Virus record (IMG/VR): IMGVR_UViG_3300032236_001859 | Span: 1-64,000 of that record | Length of the DNA stretch: 64,000 nt | Strand: one strand, 5' to 3' | Shown: piece by piece, positions 36,372-45,770 of the stretch | Position numbering within the stretch: the stretch's first letter is position 1 | Layout: each line of letters opens with the position of its first letter | Program-made: the position numbers and the translations under genes | Notes under the pieces: model-generated | The model's input: only the letters and a program-made list of their open reading frames with translations | Told to the model about the DNA's origin: nothing | The model's database searches: none

Positions 36372-36843
36372 TGGGATCCCTCACTGTGGACAAGAAGTCC
36401 TTCATGGTTGCGATCGAGACGATCTGGTTGAACACGGAGACATGGATATGCGTAACCGCGGAGAGGTCTTTCGAGGTCGCCACAAACAAAGTGCTGGGCA
36501 TGCCATGTACCTTGAAGATCATGGCGAACTCATCCTCGGCTGGAAACAGATCGCGCTGCTCCCGGTAGGCGGCGAGCAGCGCGGATTTCGTGGGGGCATC
36601 GAATGCCATGGCGAGATCAAAGTTGAAGACCCGAGTAGCCGTCACCGAGAAGGGTAGGATGCCCTGCTGGTTAAACCAATCGAATCCCCAACCGGCTTCC
36701 CCGTAGTCACGTCTCGCCTGGATAACTGCTTCCTTGGTCCACCCCAGTCCCCTTAGGAACTTGTCGAGGGTGGACCGCTGGAAGTCAGCGATCTTTTCTT
36801 CATCGGACTTGGCACCGAAGGTGACCGGGAAGTCATCGCTCAT
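36361..36843 (-). CDS. hypothetical protein (160 aa) coupled to recA
   Basis: ATGA overlap with recA stop. Confidence 0.75.
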   Translation of the reverse strand: MSDDFPVTFGAKSDEEKIADFQRSTLDKFLRGLGWTKEAVIQARRDYGEAGWGFDWFNQQGILPFSVTATRVFNFDLAMAFDAPTKSALLAAYREQRDLFPAEDEFAMIFKVHGMPSTLFVATSKDLSAVTHIHVSVFNQIVSIATMKDFLSTVRDPNEQ

Positions 36844-38330
36844 TTCTTACCCTTGGGGGCTGGTTTCTCAGGAAGACTCCAGTCGATGTCGGCTTCCTGA
36901 ACCGTGGGGTACTTGTTGATGCACAGGTAGTTCTGGACAGCCTTCCGGTGCTTGGGTGAGGCTTCAATTCGTTTGCCGAAATCGTGGAGACTCATGACCC
37001 CACGTTTGTCCTTATCGGATTCCTCGAGTTCTTCCGCGGTGCAGAGCTCTTCACATTTCACATACCCAGCTCTGACCTGGGTGAAATACACGGCTTCATC
37101 GAGAACACCGACTTCGTACTTGGACCCCTTCTCGGTGTCGCGGCCATACTTGCAGGTCCACAACATTTCACCGAGAGCACCTTCCCAGTCATAGACCATG
37201 ACCTGTTTCGTACTCCCGTCGGGGAGTCTGGGGAACTGCCAGAGCACATCAACTTTAATCTTGAGCTTGTCGGGGCCCAGAGATGAACAGTTCGAGGTGA
37301 ACACCACAGTTGTTCGGGTAACCGGAGGCCCCTGGAACGGTGCCGCGGGATGAAACGCGAGTTCATCATGGGCATGCTTTTCGAGGCGGAGCCCAAGGGA
37401 GGCCGCGAACTTAGCGAAGTCACCACCGGCTTCCTTGTGTTTATCGGCAAACTTCGCAGAGAAGGAGCCGTCAGAGATTACTGTGCTGAGATGTTGCACG
37501 TAACCCGCGGACATACAGGTACCGCGCATCGAGATCCCACGGAGGAAGCCCCCGATCATATTGGCACGTGTGGCACCCCCATAACCACGCTCCTGGGCAT
37601 GCCCCTCTTTCTCGAGCTCCGCCATGCCGGCCTCGGAGTCCTTACCAGTCAGAGAGTCAACTGCACAGTAGATGGGTACCCGCTTACCCTTGTCCTTGAG
37701 CTCGGGATGGTCGATGACCATCTTTCGAGCCCACTCCAGGGTCTCCACCAAAGCGGTCTGCCAGCCCTCGATAGATGTCACCGGGGTATAGATCAAACGG
37801 CTTCGCCCTGTTTGAATCATGGGGTCAGGATTAACACGTAACAGGATCTCCCGGTCAGGGTGATCCATGTCATCAGGCATCCCGGTTTCGGGGTCACGTG
37901 GTATCGAACTGTTATAGCTGCAGAAGTTACCCTGACTATCCGTATAGGGGTCTTCAGGGCTCAAGAACCGCCACCACGTCATGGCCTCGAACATCGTGTA
38001 CGAAGACTTCTCTTCGGCATCGATGTAGCGTGCGCACCCATTGGCCATCGCATACCACACGCAAACCATGATCTGGAATGTCGACTTCATGGACTTCGGC
38101 ATTCCACTAACCGCGTACCACCTCTGCAGAGGTAACACGCTGGTGTTGCCAGCGAGGTACTGCATGGCCAGCGCAGGGATCTCGATTCCATAGGTGTGCT
38201 GGGCGTGGTCGCCGAGGAGATACCCCTTGTTTGAAGTAGCGCGATCCTTGGCGGAACCCAAAAGGCTCTGAACCAAAGAATGCACCACGGTTTCTTGATT
38301 GGAAACGACTTCTTCTTTTTTCTTTGCCAT
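36840..38330 (-). CDS. recA: RecA/UvsX-like recombinase
   Basis: Walker A GMPKSMKST, YIDAEE, Walker B AVDSL, GGDFAKFAASLGLRL; position between SSB-like gene and exonucleases. Confidence 0.8.
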   Translation of the reverse strand: MAKKKEEVVSNQETVVHSLVQSLLGSAKDRATSNKGYLLGDHAQHTYGIEIPALAMQYLAGNTSVLPLQRWYAVSGMPKSMKSTFQIMVCVWYAMANGCARYIDAEEKSSYTMFEAMTWWRFLSPEDPYTDSQGNFCSYNSSIPRDPETGMPDDMDHPDREILLRVNPDPMIQTGRSRLIYTPVTSIEGWQTALVETLEWARKMVIDHPELKDKGKRVPIYCAVDSLTGKDSEAGMAELEKEGHAQERGYGGATRANMIGGFLRGISMRGTCMSAGYVQHLSTVISDGSFSAKFADKHKEAGGDFAKFAASLGLRLEKHAHDELAFHPAAPFQGPPVTRTTVVFTSNCSSLGPDKLKIKVDVLWQFPRLPDGSTKQVMVYDWEGALGEMLWTCKYGRDTEKGSKYEVGVLDEAVYFTQVRAGYVKCEELCTAEELEESDKDKRGVMSLHDFGKRIEASPKHRKAVQNYLCINKYPTVQEADIDWSLPEKPAPKGKK

Positions 38331-38347
38331 CGATAGTCTCCAGGTTG

Positions 38348-38380
38348 GAGACAGGGAGGGGATGACCCCCTCCCTGTCTC
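38348..38380. other. perfect 14-bp hairpin without U-tract between the SSB-like gene and recA
   Basis: GAGACAGGGAGGGG-ATGAC-CCCCTCCCTGTCTC. Confidence 0.75.
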
Positions 38381-38401
38381 GGTTTCAGGTGGTTATGTGA
38401 T

Positions 38402-39928
38402 TCAGGCCTTCGGGGGCTGCTGCTGGAGTGTCGCGCTGAACTGGTTAGCCAGGGCGTTGGCACTCGGAGGAATCACACTGGCTGCTGGAACCGTGGGGGC
38501 CGGAGCCGCTGGGGCCGCTGGAGCCGGGGCTGCTGGGGCCTGAGGAGCCGGCCACGGGTTCGCAGGGGCTGCAGGAGACGCTGGAGCCTGGGGAGCTGGC
38601 CAGGGGTTCGCTGGAACCGCTGGGGCTGCAGGAGCCGCTGGGTTACCCCATGGCGCCTGAGGAGCCGGGGCCATGGGGGCCTGGGGCGCCGCTGGGGCTG
38701 GCCAGGGGTTCGCTGGAGCCGCGGGGGCTGCAGGAGCCGCTGAACCAGGCCAGGCGCCCGCAGGGGCTGCGGGAGCCGCTGGGGCCTGGTTGTGCCAGGG
38801 ACTCGCGGGTTGCGCCGGAGCTGGTGCTGCGGGAATCGCCTGATTACCCCAGGGTGAAGCCGGCGCAGGGGCCATGGGATACCCTGGAGGTGGTTGCTGT
38901 GCCGGTGGATACCCTGGGGCCTGTGGGTACCCCGCTGGGGCCTGGGGAGGATATCCCATTGGGGCCTGGGGTGCCATCTGCGGCATCGGGATGCCCAGAC
39001 GCGCCATGTCGTCTCCGAAGGCTTCGGCGACGAGCACGGGTCCAAACGCGGCGACCATCTTCTTGATGTGGTCATCACGGGTGAACCGCAGGAAGCAGTC
39101 TTCCCAGGGATGCCAGGCCTGGCGGCAGAAATCATCGGGGATCGGTGATGGCGTATAGTTGAGGAATGCAGGGGTGATGCCACCGGGGAAGAAGAGCTGT
39201 GGCATCCCAGGGAACTGCATGATGTTCCCGTTGAAGTCACAGAGCCCGCACTGCATCGAGGCCTGCTCCTGACCTGGCAAAGTCTTCGGAGGCAGACCCC
39301 AGAACTTGACATAGCAGCCACCAGAGGGGCTGAAGATGTCGATACCAGCCAGGTACGCTGCCTTCGCGATCTTATCGAAGGCGGTGAACGCGGATTGCTT
39401 GAGGATTACAGCCGTGTTGGCCTGCATCTGGGCAAGCGCGGCATTGTTGGCCATGATGACGACGCCCTGGGCGAAGTGCATGCTGCCCGGGTTATCCAGT
39501 GCACCGGGGCGATCCCCTTGCCGTTTGGCCAGCGCGGCCTGGAGAATAGGCACGAGCATTGGGTTCAGCTGGTTCTTCTTGAGACGACCTTTGAGCTGGA
39601 TGAAGAGACCGGACCAGGGCAGGTTGGGTTCATCGGTGATGAGATCGACACGCCCATCCATGCCCAGGGGGCGGACGAGGCCGGTGAACAGTGTTCCAGT
39701 ACCCGCGGCAACAGCAACACGTTCAAACCAGAAGTTCGAGTAATCGATGCCTTGGGCGTCGACGACCCGTGCCATGGGATACGGGGTGCCATCAGGGGCG
39801 ATCTCGGGCAGGAATCTCACGATGGAGACACCATTGGTCTTCGGTGTGAAGGCTTGAAGCGTGCCAGGCTTGAAGCAGTGTTGATAAAAGTCGCCTCTTT
39901 CAGACGAATTGTAGGACGGAGCGCGCAT
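38402..39928 (-). CDS. single-stranded DNA-binding-like protein with long Pro/Ala-rich tail
   Basis: N-terminal IVRFLPE motif as in gp32-type SSBs; lies between Pol and RecA; SSB role is inferred. Confidence 0.6.
   Translation of the reverse strand: MRAPSYNSSERGDFYQHCFKPGTLQAFTPKTNGVSIVRFLPEIAPDGTPYPMARVVDAQGIDYSNFWFERVAVAAGTGTLFTGLVRPLGMDGRVDLITDEPNLPWSGLFIQLKGRLKKNQLNPMLVPILQAALAKRQGDRPGALDNPGSMHFAQGVVIMANNAALAQMQANTAVILKQSAFTAFDKIAKAAYLAGIDIFSPSGGCYVKFWGLPPKTLPGQEQASMQCGLCDFNGNIMQFPGMPQLFFPGGITPAFLNYTPSPIPDDFCRQAWHPWEDCFLRFTRDDHIKKMVAAFGPVLVAEAFGDDMARLGIPMPQMAPQAPMGYPPQAPAGYPQAPGYPPAQQPPPGYPMAPAPASPWGNQAIPAAPAPAQPASPWHNQAPAAPAAPAGAWPGSAAPAAPAAPANPWPAPAAPQAPMAPAPQAPWGNPAAPAAPAVPANPWPAPQAPASPAAPANPWPAPQAPAAPAPAAPAAPAPTVPAASVIPPSANALANQFSATLQQQPPKA
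38420..38990 (-). repeat. coding low-complexity repeats: 7x PAxPW-like and 4x GYP
   Basis: PASPWGN, PASPWHN, PAGAWPG, PANPWPA (x3), PQAPWGN; repeated GGGGCTG/GGAGCC units in DNA. Confidence 0.85.
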
Positions 39929-39962
39929 GTTTTTCCTTTGTTGTCGGGGTTGATTTGACGCT

Positions 39963-39992
39963 TCCCCTGCCGAATTGCGCTACGGCAGGGGA
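39963..39992. other. 10-bp hairpin in the 5' leader of the SSB-like gene
   Basis: TCCCCTGCCG/CGGCAGGGGA, no U-tract; just downstream of motif copy 4. Confidence 0.65.
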
Positions 39993-40011
39993 CCTCCAGA
40001 ACGTAACTGGG

Positions 40012-40027
40012 TTTACTCACAGTCAAG
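40012..40027 (-). promoter_or_regulatory. conserved promoter/operator motif, copy 4
   Basis: TTTACTC-AC-AGTCAAG; minus strand TTGACT-N15-TACGTT. Confidence 0.7.
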
Positions 40028-43000
40028 CCGCACCGAGCAGCGAGACGACTTCAGCCTTGGGGAGTTTGACCCCCCAACGCGTGAAGATTTCAATGTCGAC
40101 TCCGAGGTTCTTATCTGTCCCCGGAATCTTACATGCAGTACCCATGCAGAACTTGATGACCTTCACCATCTGGGGTACTGATGGGATTGGAACCTGGAAC
40201 AAGAAGGCATCATGGATTGGCAAGATGATGCTGAACCCAAGGGCCTTCCCGATATCCGTTCTATACCGGAATCGGTATAGGTTGATTCCTGCCAGACTGA
40301 GGAGAAAGGCCACAGATCCCTGAATGGGACTATTCGAGGCCTGGCGACGCGCCGCGGCCTGCTGTGACTTCGAGAGCTGACGCACACCAGTGAAGTACCG
40401 GCGACGACGGGCGCAGTCTTCTACCCATCCGTTCTCGATCGCTGAATCCATGTTCGCCTGCATCCAGGCCCACGCCACGGAGAACCGTTTTGCGAACCCG
40501 TTGATAAGCCCCTGTGTTTCATCTTGTGTAATAGAAACACCTGCCTTACCGATCTCACGTGTTAAAGCACGTGCTCCTCTTCCGTATAAGATTCCAAAAT
40601 TCACTGTTTTGCTTGCATCTCGAAAATCCTTATAGGATTTCTTGAACTTGTCACACCACTTGTCATACGGGCACCCCTTGGTGACCACACCACCATCTAA
40701 TACAGTAATCGCAGCCTCCATCTCAGCGAGCAGGGGTAGCTTGAAAGCCACACATGCCATTTCTGAGTGGAGGTCACGCCCCTGCTGCACAATCGCGGTG
40801 AGCACGGGATCCCCGGAGGCATACGCTAACTGGGCGAGCTCCGCGGTCTGAAAGTCGGCCTCGATGAGGACATAACCTTCAGGGGCTATAAGACAGGACT
40901 TATAGCTCGGGATATTGAGACGCTTGTCAGGCGGGATCCAGGAACCATCAGTAGGCTTCTTGTCGTCATCCGTCCTACGTTTATATTCCTTGACATCGCA
41001 GCCAAAGAAGTAATCCACGAACACCGCGAAGGCTTCAGACTCCTGACGTTTCGGAGATGTCTGGAGGTTCGGCTTCGATGACCGGTATCGATGGGTTTCC
41101 GAGGTCTGCCAAAGATGGGTTCTTACACGCCCATCCCGGTAGATGTTGTTATGGATCCCTTTGCCATCACAGGGTACCCCGAACTCATTGAGCTCCACGG
41201 CGTGGAGATAGTCCCGCAAGAACTTCCCAAGGATGAGAACCTGCTGGAGATATTTAATCTCGTCGCAGGGGTACTTGAGAGCCAGGAGGTCCAGGGATTC
41301 CGACTTCGTTGATGGCGTATGCCTATCCGCGACGCCGGCGAGCATGATCTCTTCCCAATCCCGTGGATACTTATCTGTATTCGAGATCGGGGTCATCCCA
41401 TGGAGAACCCTGGCACCCGGGGGGACCACGTGTGGCTTCTTGTCCCTGAAAACGCAGTCGCTGAACAAGAGCATGAGGACCTGATCCTTAGACCCCGGAT
41501 TAAACGAGGGCCAGTTCAGGAGTTCTCGGAGCTTGGCAAGGATGGCATCATAGACGGGTTGGTAGATCCCTCTGAGCTCAGTGCGCTGGACCTCATCGAC
41601 AAGGATACCCTGTCGTTCGACATCGAGGAGATGAAGTGAGGTCGGCGCCGTAATGTTCTTGTAGATCTCGAACAAGTGAGCGTTCTCTGGTTTCGCGAAC
41701 AAGTCGAGGAGGCAGTGTAGGGCCTCCCAGGTCACCGCGACGTCATCCATGCTATATGGAATCAGGATTTCATCGGGGATGTTGCGGTAACCAAAGTCGA
41801 GGTTGGACTCCCTGCCATTCTCAGTCAACCAGTCCTCCAGTGGCTTCCAGTAGTTCCCGAACTGGGGGGCAAACTTGCGAGTCAGGACTTCCAGGCCTTG
41901 GTCATCATCCCCGAAGAGGAGATGGTGCATCAGCATGGTATCGTAACCTGTCTCGAGTTTGTCGTCGACGTTGATCTCCATCTCGGAGAGCCGCTGGATA
42001 TCAACGCGGAGGTGGTGACCAGCAAGACGCACCTTGGGGTGCTCGAACAGGGCACGCATGGAATCCACGGCCTTCGCGATCTCGGCATCTGTCATGAAGG
42101 CGTGGCCCTGGCAACCATAGAAGCCGAAGTAAGCGGCTTCACCTCGATTCCAGGCGATCTGGACACTGAGCGTGTAGACCTCCTCCTCCCGGGCTACATC
42201 GTTTCCGAACTCGGTATCGAAAACGACGACTTCGACTTCACCGGATTCCACCTTGGCGATGACCTCTTTGCAGGTCGCCTCGATTTCCCACGGTGATGTG
42301 CAGACCCTGTACTTGGAGCGATCGACCTGGACCTGACTGACCCCGTTAAAGATCAGGAAGTCACGCGCACGCTCCAGGTAACTCCGGAAGACATCCAGTG
42401 AGGCATGCCCATAGGCGAACTGGTTGTGGCTGGGAACCACGAGAACCGTGGTACCATGCCAGTCGTGGAACTGGCCCTCATAGTTGTCCATCTTGGCATT
42501 TCTACCAAACAACCCCTTGAGAGCCTCTGATCCACTCGCAATGATCAACCTGGGGTTGAGCCCCAGGATGTCAGCCCTGAACAAGGCCGCATTCGACTTC
42601 TTGTGGGCCTCGCGATACGAGGTCATGCCTTCGCCCAGTGGGAACCGAATCGATGCGGTCAGGAAGATGTCCTTGAGGTTGAGACCTGAACCCGCGATCT
42701 CGTTTCTCAACCAGAGCCCGACGTCATCGCTGAGGTGGCTCTGGATGCTGAGATCCTCCCGGGTCGCCGGAGGTGTGATGTAAACAATGGGGACCCCCTT
42801 TCGCCACTCGTAAACCGGGGGGTTGTCGAGGATGCACCCAGGGAGATGTACGGGTTGCCCTGGGAACTTTACCTCGGGCAGCGTGATGATGCTGTTGCAG
42901 ATGTACTGGGCGGCCTGCTCCTCGGAGAGCTCGGGGCGAATCGCCCGTACTGCGATGAGGTGCATGGGATCCAGATCGATGACATCGGCGACAGCGGAGC

Positions 43001-43100
43001 GTGCAGTGGCCGCTTTGTGCGTGGCCACGATCTCGGAGACCATCCCCTCTAACCGGAGCTGCATGCCTTCTTCTGAATACGTGTTATCCAAGGTGTGCAC
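40023..43100 (-). CDS. polA: family A DNA polymerase with N-terminal UDG-like and 3'-5' exonuclease domains
   Basis: Exo FDTEF; RYRSSKPNLQ; motif A EADFQTAE; motif B RDASKTVNFGILYG; NSPIQGS; motif C PIHDAF; UDG-like NPRLIIASGSEAL. Confidence 0.95.
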   Translation of the reverse strand: MHTLDNTYSEEGMQLRLEGMVSEIVATHKAATARSAVADVIDLDPMHLIAVRAIRPELSEEQAAQYICNSIITLPEVKFPGQPVHLPGCILDNPPVYEWRKGVPIVYITPPATREDLSIQSHLSDDVGLWLRNEIAGSGLNLKDIFLTASIRFPLGEGMTSYREAHKKSNAALFRADILGLNPRLIIASGSEALKGLFGRNAKMDNYEGQFHDWHGTTVLVVPSHNQFAYGHASLDVFRSYLERARDFLIFNGVSQVQVDRSKYRVCTSPWEIEATCKEVIAKVESGEVEVVVFDTEFGNDVAREEEVYTLSVQIAWNRGEAAYFGFYGCQGHAFMTDAEIAKAVDSMRALFEHPKVRLAGHHLRVDIQRLSEMEINVDDKLETGYDTMLMHHLLFGDDDQGLEVLTRKFAPQFGNYWKPLEDWLTENGRESNLDFGYRNIPDEILIPYSMDDVAVTWEALHCLLDLFAKPENAHLFEIYKNITAPTSLHLLDVERQGILVDEVQRTELRGIYQPVYDAILAKLRELLNWPSFNPGSKDQVLMLLFSDCVFRDKKPHVVPPGARVLHGMTPISNTDKYPRDWEEIMLAGVADRHTPSTKSESLDLLALKYPCDEIKYLQQVLILGKFLRDYLHAVELNEFGVPCDGKGIHNNIYRDGRVRTHLWQTSETHRYRSSKPNLQTSPKRQESEAFAVFVDYFFGCDVKEYKRRTDDDKKPTDGSWIPPDKRLNIPSYKSCLIAPEGYVLIEADFQTAELAQLAYASGDPVLTAIVQQGRDLHSEMACVAFKLPLLAEMEAAITVLDGGVVTKGCPYDKWCDKFKKSYKDFRDASKTVNFGILYGRGARALTREIGKAGVSITQDETQGLINGFAKRFSVAWAWMQANMDSAIENGWVEDCARRRRYFTGVRQLSKSQQAAARRQASNSPIQGSVAFLLSLAGINLYRFRYRTDIGKALGFSIILPIHDAFLFQVPIPSVPQMVKVIKFCMGTACKIPGTDKNLGVDIEIFTRWGVKLPKAEVVSLLGAA

Positions 43101-44295
43101 TCCTATGGGATGCCGGCAGGGCTTGCAGGAGACCCCGCATCACAGCCCAACCGAGGTCAGCGGGATCAGGAACCTTTAATCGCTTCGACTTCTCCATTTT
43201 GGGGATCAAACCATCTTGCTCAGCCTTGCGTTGCTTCATCGCCGCATTCGCAGCTGCCATGACATCAGGGGGATACCTGAGCAGCATGGCAGGGATTCGG
43301 AGCCCCGCGCGATCCAAGCGATCCTTGAGCTCCTGCGCAAAGATACGCCCGTTGTCATTGGGGTCATACCGAACTCCTATCTTCCGACGTGTCGTGGGAT
43401 CCGGGATCATGGTCTCGGGATCCAAGGCGATGACTGCTGTCTTGAAATCCCTGACGATGAGGCTTACCCGCCTGGGGTCGAGCTCCTTGCCAAAGATCGC
43501 GGTGGCCGAGGGGCCACTGGCAATCGAGGCCGGGATGCCTTCAGTGAGCACGACGACATCACCACATTGGCGTGGCAAGTTATCCCAGTTGTAGAACACC
43601 TTCTTGAACCCCGTGGGGAAGTACCACCGCTGAGTAGCCTGGGGATCCAGTGATCTCCCCTGCCAGGACACCCACTTCCCGTCTTGTTTGATGGGAAAGA
43701 TGATTCGGTTGTACGCCGCGGGGTACCTGGGATCCGGTGTAGCACAGTAGCCTACCTTGAAGTAGTCACTGATTACATCGGGATCGAAGCCATATTTTCT
43801 AACCACGAACTCACGTGCGGGGTGCCCACTGGGGAGATCCCGTAGGAACAGGACTCCAGTGGGAAGATCCTGGGTAGCCGAGACCTCTGGGCCCCCTGGC
43901 TTAGATGCCTGGGAACTCATTATGCGTGCCACCGAAAACCCGACGAGATCGGGATTCTTTTTCAGGTAGTCCTCTATGGCCGCAAAGGCGGGGTGCTTGT
44001 GAAACTTGCAGCCCTCGTTGTGACACTTGTAGAGATGCCTGAGAATCGTTGGAGCAATGTTGCGATCCAATGGGGTCAGGAGTCGATGCCCGATTTCGAG
44101 TCGGGATGTGGTGTCCCCGCATACCGGGCAACACACGTAATACTGCTCACCCCCATATTCAATTCTTGGGACCCGCGGTGTTTTCGTGGTATCCCATGAC
44201 CATCTCGCATTTTCACCCCGGGACGTCACCCTGACCCTCCCAAAGATGGAGGTCAGGGCATCGAAGAGCGCCGGGTTTAATACCGTACGTGCCAT
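43084..44295 (-). CDS. dnaG: DNA primase (Zn finger + TOPRIM)
   Basis: CCPVCGD...CHNEGC; RIIFPI...SWQGR; VVLTEG; IALDPE. Confidence 0.8.
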   Translation of the reverse strand: MARTVLNPALFDALTSIFGRVRVTSRGENARWSWDTTKTPRVPRIEYGGEQYYVCCPVCGDTTSRLEIGHRLLTPLDRNIAPTILRHLYKCHNEGCKFHKHPAFAAIEDYLKKNPDLVGFSVARIMSSQASKPGGPEVSATQDLPTGVLFLRDLPSGHPAREFVVRKYGFDPDVISDYFKVGYCATPDPRYPAAYNRIIFPIKQDGKWVSWQGRSLDPQATQRWYFPTGFKKVFYNWDNLPRQCGDVVVLTEGIPASIASGPSATAIFGKELDPRRVSLIVRDFKTAVIALDPETMIPDPTTRRKIGVRYDPNDNGRIFAQELKDRLDRAGLRIPAMLLRYPPDVMAAANAAMKQRKAEQDGLIPKMEKSKRLKVPDPADLGWAVMRGLLQALPASHRSAHLG

Positions 44296-44303
44296 ATCTC
44301 CTC

Positions 44304-45770
44304 CTATTCTTTGGGGACAGAGTGTTTATTGGTGCTCACCGTATTGCATGCAATTCTTCCATTGGAAACCGAGTAATCCTTGGCTTCCTCGAAAGAGGCG
44401 AACTCACCGGTGTGGCGTAAGACCACGCGGTCGTTACCACGAAGGGGTCTATCATTTCGCGCCTTGGGTACCCCCAGGATCTGGCGCCCCGTTCTGGAAT
44501 CACGGGGACCAATGGTGACAAAGTACCTGAGGGGAACCTGGAAATTGGTGCGTGAATCTGCACCACAATACTGATCGAAATCGAAGAACGCACCTTTCTT
44601 CGCGGCATCGCCAGACATCTGATGCGACAGCACAATGCAGATGTTATACTTTTGGGCGAGCTCGGCTGCCCAGGCGGCCACGAATGAAGTGGGTCCACGG
44701 AGATCGTCGGTCTCCCACTTGTTGCCTCTGAACTTCCGGGCCTTCGCCATTTCACCCATGGCGCCTGCCCAGTCAAAATATGCGATACGGAAACGACCAT
44801 CACCACTGGTCGCCGCGATCTCAATAGCGGTTTCAACACTGGTGAGATCGCCGTCATGCGCATTGACGAGATCCACGAACTTCACGTTGTCCTGCAGTTT
44901 CTGCAGGCGATCCATAGTGATGTCCCTATCAAGGTTCATCGCGATCGCCGCCTTGACGACGTCATCACCGTGGTCAAGCAAAGTATTCGTGGATAACCCG
45001 GTCGCACATGCCAACACGTTCCTGCGGTAATCGGCATCCATGCCTTGTTCCGCAATCGCCATAATAGCGGGTTTCCCCATCATGGCCTGGGCGATAACGA
45101 TCTGGTTACCCAGGGTGGTCTTGCCACCACCACCTGGGGCGACGAGCCCCATGGCAGCACTCTGGACCAGCCCACGCCCACCACCAACCCGGACGTCAAG
45201 GAAATCGACACCGGAGAGAACACGAGGAACCTGCTCAACTTTCTCAAATGGGTTGAACGCGGTGCTCGGGGCACTGAAGGCGCGTGAACGCTCCATGTCG
45301 AGGGCAGTGGACCTCTTCGAGAGTTCACTCAGGAAGTTGTCACTGTTCTGGTTTCGCTGGGCTTCCTCGATCAGCGCCTTGGCCTGGGCATCAAACCGAC
45401 ACGTTCTAATCATGTGGTCGTATAACGCCTTGGCCAACTTGGCGCTGCTATCTGTAACAGTAGGCATGAACACATGAACAAAGTTCTCGGTGTCGTTCTG
45501 GAAAGCCGCGGCCTCTGGCGAATATGGATTCAAGAATCGCTGCGCCAAAGCAAAGATTTCTGCCTTAAATGCGGGCTGATCCGGGGGTACCTTATATCGC
45601 TCGAAATAAGCCTGGATCGTGGAGAACGCCGCAGAACACCAGTACGAGCACCCAATGGGCTCCGATGTAAACCATTCGGATTGTAGGTTTGCCGAGGCAT
45701 CCTTACAAAACCTGGGGTTGTATAACATGTGCCCGATGACGATGTAGTAATGCTGAGGTGTGAAGTTCAT
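44304..45770 (-). CDS. dnaB: DnaB-like replicative helicase (SF4)
   Basis: APGGGGKTT, IAEQ, AYFDWA, VLSHQM, PKARND. Confidence 0.85.
   Translation of the reverse strand: MNFTPQHYYIVIGHMLYNPRFCKDASANLQSEWFTSEPIGCSYWCSAAFSTIQAYFERYKVPPDQPAFKAEIFALAQRFLNPYSPEAAAFQNDTENFVHVFMPTVTDSSAKLAKALYDHMIRTCRFDAQAKALIEEAQRNQNSDNFLSELSKRSTALDMERSRAFSAPSTAFNPFEKVEQVPRVLSGVDFLDVRVGGGRGLVQSAAMGLVAPGGGGKTTLGNQIVIAQAMMGKPAIMAIAEQGMDADYRRNVLACATGLSTNTLLDHGDDVVKAAIAMNLDRDITMDRLQKLQDNVKFVDLVNAHDGDLTSVETAIEIAATSGDGRFRIAYFDWAGAMGEMAKARKFRGNKWETDDLRGPTSFVAAWAAELAQKYNICIVLSHQMSGDAAKKGAFFDFDQYCGADSRTNFQVPLRYFVTIGPRDSRTGRQILGVPKARNDRPLRGNDRVVLRHTGEFASFEEAKDYSVSNGRIACNTVSTNKHSVPKE

Noticed and set aside
36361-36843. ORF downstream of recA as a PD-(D/E)xK resolvase
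   Set aside because: Position is suggestive, but no catalytic motif could be identified by eye.
38402-38990. GGGGCTG/GGAGCC repeats resembling a CRISPR array or VNTR
   Set aside because: No constant repeat with unique spacers; the repeats are in-frame Pro/Ala codons of the SSB-like tail and no cas genes were seen.
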